IMG/VR virus record: IMGVR_UViG_3300025769_000069
Source: a virus
DNA length: 64,000 bases
Direction: 5' to 3' (one strand)
Shown here: piece after piece, positions 57,175 through 64,000 of the stretch
Layout of the letters: each line of letters begins with the position of its first letter
Position numbering within the stretch: the stretch's first letter is position 1
Notes under the pieces: generated by a model
Databases searched by the model: none
The model's input: only the letters and a program-made list of their open reading frames with translations
What the model was told of the DNA's origin: nothing
Translations under genes and position numbers: made by a program

Positions 57175-57453
57175 ATGGCAGAGACTACAAATAATCGACT
57201 GGATCGTATCGAAGAAAAGCTCGACAAGCTTGGTGATGTAATAGTCTCTATTGCTCGCTTTGAAGAGAAGATGGATGCTTATAATGAGTATCGTGAACGA
57301 TCATGGGAACGTATGAACAAGTTTTCAGAAAAACTTGACATAATAGAAAAAAAAGTTGAAGATAACTGTCGTACGGTACACACAATAAACAAATTATTCT
57401 GGATAGGATTAATAGCTATTTCAGGATCTATCGCAGCCCAATTATGGATGTAA
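57175..57453 (+). CDS. Coiled-coil protein with C-terminal TM (XhlA/holin-like architecture)
   Basis: RLDRIEEKLDKL; hydrophobic C-terminus. Confidence 0.55.
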   Translation: MAETTNNRLDRIEEKLDKLGDVIVSIARFEEKMDAYNEYRERSWERMNKFSEKLDIIEKKVEDNCRTVHTINKLFWIGLIAISGSIAAQLWM

Positions 57454-57463
57454 GGAAACAAAA

Positions 57464-58624
57464 ATGAAAACAGAAGATATTAAAAACATCGCGAGGGCTT
57501 GGCAACAGGTCCAAGAAAAACTAACTGGTAATCAACATAAAATTGACCATAATAAAAATGGAAAAATTGATGCTGGAGATTTTGAACACCTGCGCTCCAA
57601 AAAGAAAAAAGTTGGAGAAGATGAAGAAGTAGAAATCAATCCTAAAATGAAAACAAAGAAAAAAACAGATACAGAAATGGCTACTGAAGCCAAACTTAGT
57701 GAAGGCGTGACGAGTAGAGATGCAATCGACGAGATTTCAAAAGATCTGGCTCAGCGTTATTATACTAAATCATACGATGCTCAGCGAAAAGCCATGAATA
57801 CCATGATCGATACTGAAAAAGCGAGAAAGCCTGAAAAGAAAAAAGCATATGATGACGCCAGAGCAACATTCCGCAAGCGTGGAAAAGGCTCAGACATGGC
57901 TGCTAAGCGTTTAGCCTATAAAGGTAAAAATGAAGAAGCAGAGCAAATCGACGAGATCTCTATGGATAAAGCAACTCGTACTTATGCAGCTCGCAAATCT
58001 CAAGCACAATCAGCGGCTCATCAGGGTTCAATGGATTATGCTAAAAAGCAAATGGCAAAAGCTCGTAAGACAAAAGCCTACATGGATAAACGTGAATCAG
58101 TAGAGCAAGTCGACGAGATCTCAAAAGATCTAGCAGGTCGTTATATCAAAAAAGCTCAAATAGATACAGCACACGCAGGCGATCAAATTGCTACAGGGAG
58201 CATGGGTCAAATGGGTGCATCTCCTGATGTTAAAAAAGGTTATGAAAAGCAACGCCAAAGAGGTATTGCTAAACTCGTTCGCCGTCGTATGGGTACGTCA
58301 GATGCTGTTCGTAAACTAACCGGTAAAGCTCGTGTTGCAGCAACAGAAGAAACAAATGAATGGCCAATTTATGCACGTATCAAAGAAGCTCGTGATGCGC
58401 ATATGAAAGGTGCTACGCCACCAGAAGCAATCGACTCTAAAGCTTCAAAGGGTGAAAAAGATTTTAAGGCAATGCATAAGGTAGATGACAAACGTGGAAT
58501 GGAAGATCAATCACATGATGATGTTTCCAAAGCAGGTCGTGTAACTAAAAAGGCTCCTGGAAGAAATGGAGATAATAAAGCTGGTGATAAAATGCAAGCG
58601 CCAGTAGATACAACGAAAGGTTAA
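57464..58624 (+). CDS. Modular basic internal protein with repeated DEIS units
   Basis: IDEISKDLAQRY, IDEISMDKATRTY, VDEISKDLAGRY; DHNKNGKIDAGDF EF-hand-like loop. Confidence 0.65.
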   Translation: MKTEDIKNIARAWQQVQEKLTGNQHKIDHNKNGKIDAGDFEHLRSKKKKVGEDEEVEINPKMKTKKKTDTEMATEAKLSEGVTSRDAIDEISKDLAQRYYTKSYDAQRKAMNTMIDTEKARKPEKKKAYDDARATFRKRGKGSDMAAKRLAYKGKNEEAEQIDEISMDKATRTYAARKSQAQSAAHQGSMDYAKKQMAKARKTKAYMDKRESVEQVDEISKDLAGRYIKKAQIDTAHAGDQIATGSMGQMGASPDVKKGYEKQRQRGIAKLVRRRMGTSDAVRKLTGKARVAATEETNEWPIYARIKEARDAHMKGATPPEAIDSKASKGEKDFKAMHKVDDKRGMEDQSHDDVSKAGRVTKKAPGRNGDNKAGDKMQAPVDTTKG

Positions 58625-58628
58625 GATA

Positions 58629-58976
58629 ATGATTAAAGGTCCAAAAGGTGCAGTTCCAACTCTGCGTGGATGGGCTCATGAACGTACTGGTGAGCTACTT
58701 AAAAGTCAAAAAATTTCTCAAAAAGCAATTGATGAATGGTATGGAATACGAGTTGAAGAACATGTTGAGCCTGCTCCAGAACCAGTTGTTGAACCAATTA
58801 TTGTAGATGAAAATGATGTTATTTCTGATTTAAATGAAGATGGTATAATTGATGAATTAGAAAGCATGACAAAAAATGAATTAGAAGAATATGGTAGAGA
58901 ACACGGTGTCGAACTAGATCGTCGTAAGAATAAAAAAACAATGATTGAAGATTTGAGAGCGCATTTAGAGACTTAA
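58629..58976 (+). CDS. Hypothetical protein with C-terminal HeH/Rho-N-like motif
   Basis: MTKNELEEYGREHGVELDRRKNK. Confidence 0.55.
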   Translation: MIKGPKGAVPTLRGWAHERTGELLKSQKISQKAIDEWYGIRVEEHVEPAPEPVVEPIIVDENDVISDLNEDGIIDELESMTKNELEEYGREHGVELDRRKNKKTMIEDLRAHLET

Positions 58977-58980
58977 ATGA

Positions 58981-59343
58981 ATGAAATTTGAGCTGACAGA
59001 AGAAAATCTTTTCTTATATGCAGCCAAGAATTATTATAATCCTAAGTATATTGATGCTGAATCGTTTGAAGAAGATTTAAAAAGATTTAAATATATTAAA
59101 AGACTGTGTAATAGATATATAGAATCTGATAAATTATCTGAAAGACTTTTATTGAATCATTTGATCGTAGTGTTTAATGTTTTTGGTGTTGAAGCTGCAA
59201 AGAAAATATTGAATTTAAAATTAGATAATGAGCATTGGCCAATAGTAAAACCATTTTTATTATATCTAAATTATATTAAAAATAATGAATATGTCGATGT
59301 ATCTATGGATCAATATGTAGTAAGCGCTTTAAGGAAAATTTGA
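58981..59343 (+). CDS. Conserved T4-like hypothetical protein
   Basis: YAAKNYYNP, FEEDLKRFKYIKRL, LNHLIVVFNVFG. Confidence 0.7.
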   Translation: MKFELTEENLFLYAAKNYYNPKYIDAESFEEDLKRFKYIKRLCNRYIESDKLSERLLLNHLIVVFNVFGVEAAKKILNLKLDNEHWPIVKPFLLYLNYIKNNEYVDVSMDQYVVSALRKI

Positions 59344-59942
59344 TGGGAATAATTAAAAGAGCTGGTGACTTAGTCTATACGTTTAGATTTTTAAGGCTTC
59401 TTACAACTAATTTTGAAGATACCGAAGCTTTTAAATTAGGCATCATTGATAAAGATGGTAAAAGACTAAAATCTTTCAATCTAAACGACATGGAGAATAG
59501 AGATAATTATAGAGATTACTATACTCCATTCCACAGACTAGTCTTTAATATAAAAAAATTACTTTCTAAAGCTCCTGGTGGGGATACTAAAATTGCATCT
59601 TATGCAGCAGCTTTATATTTACTTAAAGAAAAATTTGGTGTAAGTGAAACTCAGATAGAGCATGGTTTAAAAAAATCAGGTATAAATACAATTGATTTTA
59701 TGACCGAAGGATCTAAATGGTTTTTGCTTGAAAACAATCAACTGTCTCCAGGACGTTATAAAATTAAACATGCTAAAGTTTTATCCAATACCCTAGATGA
59801 TATTGTCAGAGAAAAAGATTGGATTATAGTAGGTGAAGATGCATATCCAATTGGAACCATTTTTGGATTAAATATTTATGAAGTAAAACACAAAAGCACA
59901 AACCAAAATATTTATGTAACAGTAGACGAGTTGTTAGCATGA
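59343..59942 (+). CDS. Conserved T4-like putative structural protein
   Basis: YTFRFLRLL, AFKLGIIDKDG, YTPFHRLVFNIK, YAAALYLLKE. Confidence 0.7.
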   Translation: MGIIKRAGDLVYTFRFLRLLTTNFEDTEAFKLGIIDKDGKRLKSFNLNDMENRDNYRDYYTPFHRLVFNIKKLLSKAPGGDTKIASYAAALYLLKEKFGVSETQIEHGLKKSGINTIDFMTEGSKWFLLENNQLSPGRYKIKHAKVLSNTLDDIVREKDWIIVGEDAYPIGTIFGLNIYEVKHKSTNQNIYVTVDELLA

Positions 59943-60109
59943 CAAAAATTAAAGAAGAATCACCGGCAACTTCTATTGGAAACGCTTCAGTTTCTTTACC
60001 ACCAACAGCTAAATTTAATCCAAAGGTTGTAGTTGATCGCCGGCATAAAAAAGGTAAAACTGTTTTACTAAAAAGGTTCAGAAAGTATATGGACGATAAA
60101 AATGGCTAA
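59939..60109 (+). CDS. 56-aa peptide resembling the mature gp23 N-terminus (not in ORF track)
   Basis: MTKIKEESPATSIGNASV...; overlaps both neighbouring genes. Confidence 0.6.
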   Translation: MTKIKEESPATSIGNASVSLPPTAKFNPKVVVDRRHKKGKTVLLKRFRKYMDDKNG

Positions 60110-60551
60110 ATTATATTTGATGCTACTTTTAGTAAGTTTATTCAGCGGAGTTGGATATGCTGGATATTCTTATTATATGTGGTCTCAAGAAACAATTGGA
60201 ACTTTACGTGAAAATAATGTAAAGTTAAAGACAGCTGCAGAGACACTACAAAACACTGTAGAAAAAATGGCAGCTGATGCTAAAAAGAATGAAGAACTAA
60301 ATCGTAACTTGACTAAAAGATTGCAACAATCGCAAGAACACCTAGACAAATTAAGAGGTGTATTTGCTAAAATTGATTTGACTATGGAGGCATTAACAAA
60401 TGCACAAGGACTTGAAGACAGAGTTAACAACGCCGTTAACAAACTTATTGGGCGGATCCAAGATGAAACTACTCCTCCTAGCGATGAGCCCGCTTCTACT
60501 GACAGCGTGCGGGGTGAGGACGCCGGAGCCGGAAGTAGTAGTAACAACTGA
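60102..60551 (+). CDS. Inner-membrane spanin (Rz-like)
   Basis: N-terminal TM plus coiled coil; overlaps a lipoprotein gene. Confidence 0.75.
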   Translation: MAKLYLMLLLVSLFSGVGYAGYSYYMWSQETIGTLRENNVKLKTAAETLQNTVEKMAADAKKNEELNRNLTKRLQQSQEHLDKLRGVFAKIDLTMEALTNAQGLEDRVNNAVNKLIGRIQDETTPPSDEPASTDSVRGEDAGAGSSSNN

Positions 60552-60840
60552 ATACCAGGAACAAAATATTCCTATTCAAGAACGACCTAAAGCTGTAGAG
60601 TTTCCTCCAGTTGATTGGTATGTCATAACAGAAGAAAACCTTGAAGAAAAAATTCAAGAAATTAATTCAAAAACTGGTAATGTAGTTGTCTTTGCTATTA
60701 CACCAAAAGGTTATGAAAATCTTGCACTTGGTATTGCAGAATTGCGGCGCTATGTAAAAGATCAGCAAGCAATCATTGGATATTATGAAGAAGCTTTAAC
60801 TCCTACTGAGCCTACTCCATCCACTTCAGAAAATCAGTAG
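60463..60840 (+). CDS. Outer-membrane spanin lipoprotein (Rz1-like)
   Basis: MKLLLLAMSPLLLTAC lipobox; Pro-rich; YENLA..IAELRRY. Confidence 0.78.
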   Translation: MKLLLLAMSPLLLTACGVRTPEPEVVVTTEYQEQNIPIQERPKAVEFPPVDWYVITEENLEEKIQEINSKTGNVVVFAITPKGYENLALGIAELRRYVKDQQAIIGYYEEALTPTEPTPSTSENQ

Positions 60841-60844
60841 ATTT

Positions 60845-60886
60845 ATTATAACACATATTTTTAAGATGTAAACATGCTAAATGAGC
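60845..60886 (-). promoter_or_regulatory. Antisense early-type promoter
   Basis: Minus strand reads GCTCA-N8-GTTTACA-N16-TATAAT. Confidence 0.65.
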
Positions 60887-61401
60887 TGAGTGATTATTTT
60901 TTTAGTAATAAAATCTATGAAAAACTTCATATTGACAAAGAAGGCTCTTTAGAAGAAGATGATAAGTTTTCTTTTGATACGCCAAGAGTAGTATCTCCAA
61001 ATTTTTGCTCATCAATGATTTATTTTGAGCCATTTATTTTTGATTGGTGTCAACAAGTAGCATCAATAACAAATGCAATAGGGACTGCGTTAGCAGTATA
61101 CTATCCACCTGGAGGCTATCTTGGCTGGCATACAAATGATGATTGTGTTGCTCATAATTTAATACTAACATATAGTGCTTCTGATAAAAGTTATTTTGAA
61201 TCAAGACAAAAAAGAATATATGATACTAAAGGATGGTCTATAAAAATTAATGAATTTAATAGAGATTCTTCTTGGCATCGAGCTATAGCAATAGACCATC
61301 GGATAACTTTTGCTTTCATCTATGATACTAAAGAAAAAAGGGATATAGCAGTAAAAAAATTCAATTTTACCGATGTTCAAAATTGGAAATCAAATATATA
61401 A
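60874..61401 (+). CDS. 2OG-Fe(II) oxygenase-like protein
   Basis: YYPPGGYLGWHTN, WHRA, RITFAF. Confidence 0.6.
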   Translation: MLNELSDYFFSNKIYEKLHIDKEGSLEEDDKFSFDTPRVVSPNFCSSMIYFEPFIFDWCQQVASITNAIGTALAVYYPPGGYLGWHTNDDCVAHNLILTYSASDKSYFESRQKRIYDTKGWSIKINEFNRDSSWHRAIAIDHRITFAFIYDTKEKRDIAVKKFNFTDVQNWKSNI

Positions 61402-61483
61402 TACTACCAGAAAATAATGCTACTAATATGCGCAAACAAATTTTGTGCATGTTATTTTTTACACATTTAAAGAGGTTCTCTCC

Positions 61484-63712
61484 ATGCTAAAAGTTGTTCC
61501 ATCAAATTCAGACGTAAATACAAGACACCTAATGTCACAAACAAAGTTTTATGAAGGATATAGTAGATGGAATGATGAAAAAGACCGATATGAAACATGG
61601 GAAGAAGCAGTAACTCGTGTAATGAATATGCACCGAGAAACTTACAAAGACAAAATGTCTCCTGAATTATCTTTACTTATTGACGAAGCAGAATCACTAT
61701 ATAAACTACAATATGCTCTAGGGGCTCAACGTGCATTGCAATTCGGCGGTGAACAACTGAAAAAACATCAGATGAGAATGTACAATTGTACTTCATCATA
61801 TGCAGATCGTCCAGCATTCTTTGGCGAGCTATTTTATATCCTTCTCTGTGGGGCTGGCGCCGGCTTCTCAGTGCAGAATCATCACGTTGCTAAGTTGCCT
61901 GATGTCGCGGAGAGAAAGAAACAGGCAAAGGGCTACGTGATTGAGGACTCAATTGAAGGTTGGGCAGATTCGCTATCAGTTTTAATGTCATCATACTTTG
62001 TTGGTGGTGGTACTCACCCAGAGTTTGAAGGTCGTAAAGTTTATTTTGATTTGCAAAACATTCGTCCAAAAGGCGCTAAGATTTCTGGTGGATTTAAAGC
62101 ACCAGGACCAGAGCCACTACGTAAGGCCTTAGATAAAATTGAACATATGATTCAGGGTGTTGTACTATCTGGACGTAATAGACTAAAACCAATTGAAGTA
62201 TATGATATTGCTATGCATGCTGCGGATGCAGTGTTGGCAGGTGGCGTTCGTCGATCCGCAACAATTTGTTTATTCAGCCCAGATGATGAGGAGATGATTA
62301 ATGCTAAAACTGGTAATTGGTTTACTGATAATCCTCAGCGTGGCCGTTCTAACAATAGTGCAGTTATTGTTAGAGATGAGATCACAAAAGAAGAATTTAA
62401 AAAGATTATGGGCTCGATCAAAGAGTTCGGTGAACCTGGTTTCTACTTCGTCGAAGATAAAGACTTCACCACAAATCCTTGCGTGGAGATTGGAATGTAT
62501 CCGCAGCTTGATGGACAATCCGGATGGCAAGGATGTAACCTCACAGAAATTAATGGTGGAAAGTGTACAACAAAAGAAGAGTTCTTTAAAGCCTGTCGAG
62601 CAGGAGCAATCATGGGAACTCTCCAAGCTGGATACACAGACTTCAAATATCTTAGTGAAACATCTAAAGCAATCTTTGAACGCGAAGCGCTCTTAGGCGT
62701 ATCAATTACTGGTTGGATGAATAATCCTGATGTATTGCTTGATAGCGATATTCAGCAACAAGGCGCGGAAATCGTAAAGGCAGTAAATAAAGAAGTAGCA
62801 GAACTAATTGGTATTAATCCAGCAGCTCGTACTACTTGCGTTAAGCCATCTGGTAACGCCTCAGTTCTACTCCAGACGGCCTCTGGCATTCACGCAGAGC
62901 ACGCTCCAATGTACCTAAGACACATTCAGTTGAACAAAGAATCAGAAGTAGCGCAACTCATCTCGAAGGCAAATCCTTACATGGTTGAAGAATCAGTATG
63001 GTCTTCAAACAATACTGATTATTGTATTGCTTTCCCAATTATATCACCAGAAGATTCAATTTATCGTGAAGAGCTTTATGGCGTAGATCTTTTAGAAAAA
63101 GTTAAAAAGGTTCAACAAAACTGGGTAGAAGCAGGTACTAATGAAGAGTTATGTGCTGATCCTCGTGTTCGTCATAACGTATCAAATACAGTTACAGTAA
63201 TGCCACATATGTGGTCTCAAGTAGAGGATTATGTATATGACAACCGCCATAGTTTTGCTGGTATTAGTTTCTTGGCTGGGTCTGGTGATAAAGACTTTGC
63301 TCAAGCCCCAATGACTGAAGTAATGTCTGAAGAAAAGATTGTAAAGAAATATGGTAAAGCTGCTCTTTTTGCATCTGGCCTTATTGTTGATACTCGTAAG
63401 CAAGGATTCAGAGATTTATGGGAAGCTTGTTCAGTAGCACAAATGCCAGAAGAATGGAGAGGAGAAGTTTCTGATATTCGAGCCGAATGGATCCGTAGGT
63501 TTAAAAAGTTTGCAGACAACTATTTTATGGGTGATACGAAAGAAGCTGAATATTGTTTAAAGGATGTATTTAATCTTCATAAATGGTCTAAGATTCAACA
63601 AAACTTTTCTCCAGTAGATTTTGTTACTCAACTAAGTGAAAAACGTTTTACAGATATAGATACAATGGGTGCCGCGGCATGTCAAGGCGGCGCCTGCGAA
63701 ATTACATTTTAG
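61484..63712 (+). CDS. nrdJ: Class II (B12-dependent) ribonucleotide reductase
   Basis: YNC, GGVRRSA, TNPCVEI, CNLTEIN, TTCVKPSG, C-terminal CQGGAC. Confidence 0.9.
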   Translation: MLKVVPSNSDVNTRHLMSQTKFYEGYSRWNDEKDRYETWEEAVTRVMNMHRETYKDKMSPELSLLIDEAESLYKLQYALGAQRALQFGGEQLKKHQMRMYNCTSSYADRPAFFGELFYILLCGAGAGFSVQNHHVAKLPDVAERKKQAKGYVIEDSIEGWADSLSVLMSSYFVGGGTHPEFEGRKVYFDLQNIRPKGAKISGGFKAPGPEPLRKALDKIEHMIQGVVLSGRNRLKPIEVYDIAMHAADAVLAGGVRRSATICLFSPDDEEMINAKTGNWFTDNPQRGRSNNSAVIVRDEITKEEFKKIMGSIKEFGEPGFYFVEDKDFTTNPCVEIGMYPQLDGQSGWQGCNLTEINGGKCTTKEEFFKACRAGAIMGTLQAGYTDFKYLSETSKAIFEREALLGVSITGWMNNPDVLLDSDIQQQGAEIVKAVNKEVAELIGINPAARTTCVKPSGNASVLLQTASGIHAEHAPMYLRHIQLNKESEVAQLISKANPYMVEESVWSSNNTDYCIAFPIISPEDSIYREELYGVDLLEKVKKVQQNWVEAGTNEELCADPRVRHNVSNTVTVMPHMWSQVEDYVYDNRHSFAGISFLAGSGDKDFAQAPMTEVMSEEKIVKKYGKAALFASGLIVDTRKQGFRDLWEACSVAQMPEEWRGEVSDIRAEWIRRFKKFADNYFMGDTKEAEYCLKDVFNLHKWSKIQQNFSPVDFVTQLSEKRFTDIDTMGAAACQGGACEITF

Positions 63713-63722
63713 GAGTTAATGT

Positions 63723-63953
63723 ATGATTAGTGAATTAGGCGAGAACCCAAATTCTTGGTATGCGCAATGTGATGCGTGTAACGTTGTAACACTCGTGATT
63801 TTTAATAAAAAAGAGTATAATGCGGAATATTGTCCGAGCTGTGGACATCTTGCTGATTGGGGTAAAAGTGATGATTTTGATGAGGCTTCAGAGGAGTTTT
63901 ACTTGATGGCTAAAGCAGCGGTGGATGATGATGGTCCAGAGTCGTGGGTATAA
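63723..63953 (+). CDS. Small zinc-ribbon protein
   Basis: CDAC...CPSCG, acidic tail. Confidence 0.65.
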   Translation: MISELGENPNSWYAQCDACNVVTLVIFNKKEYNAEYCPSCGHLADWGKSDDFDEASEEFYLMAKAAVDDDGPESWV

Positions 63954-64000
63954 ACTAGAGAAAATATAATATAAATGTGGTATTATAACGGACAGCCTTT

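Overview
A 64-kb AT-rich segment of a T4-like myophage genome, almost all on the + strand. It holds the head/tail core (gp17-gp23, gp3), recombination and replication genes (uvsY, uvsW, gp55, gp47/46/45/44/62, regA, gp43, uvsX, gp41), nucleotide metabolism (thyX, dCMP deaminase, class II nrdJ) and overlapping spanins. T4-type late promoters (TATAAATA) and GTTTACA-type early promoters are visible. A permuted two-piece tmRNA, a ROSE-type thermometer before hsp20 and a DUF1127 gene point to an alphaproteobacterial host, probably marine Rhodobacterales (inference). The most interesting accessory systems are: (1) a cytosine hypermodification pathway that may add a uronic acid to hmC; (2) a late-promoter operon of exported proteins with a fimbrial-subunit-like and a chaperone-like protein but no usher; (3) a block of proteins with capsid-targeting-like N-termini, including modular basic polyproteins; (4) antisense early promoters aimed at late and lysis genes. 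All calls come from motif recognition by eye; no database searches were run.
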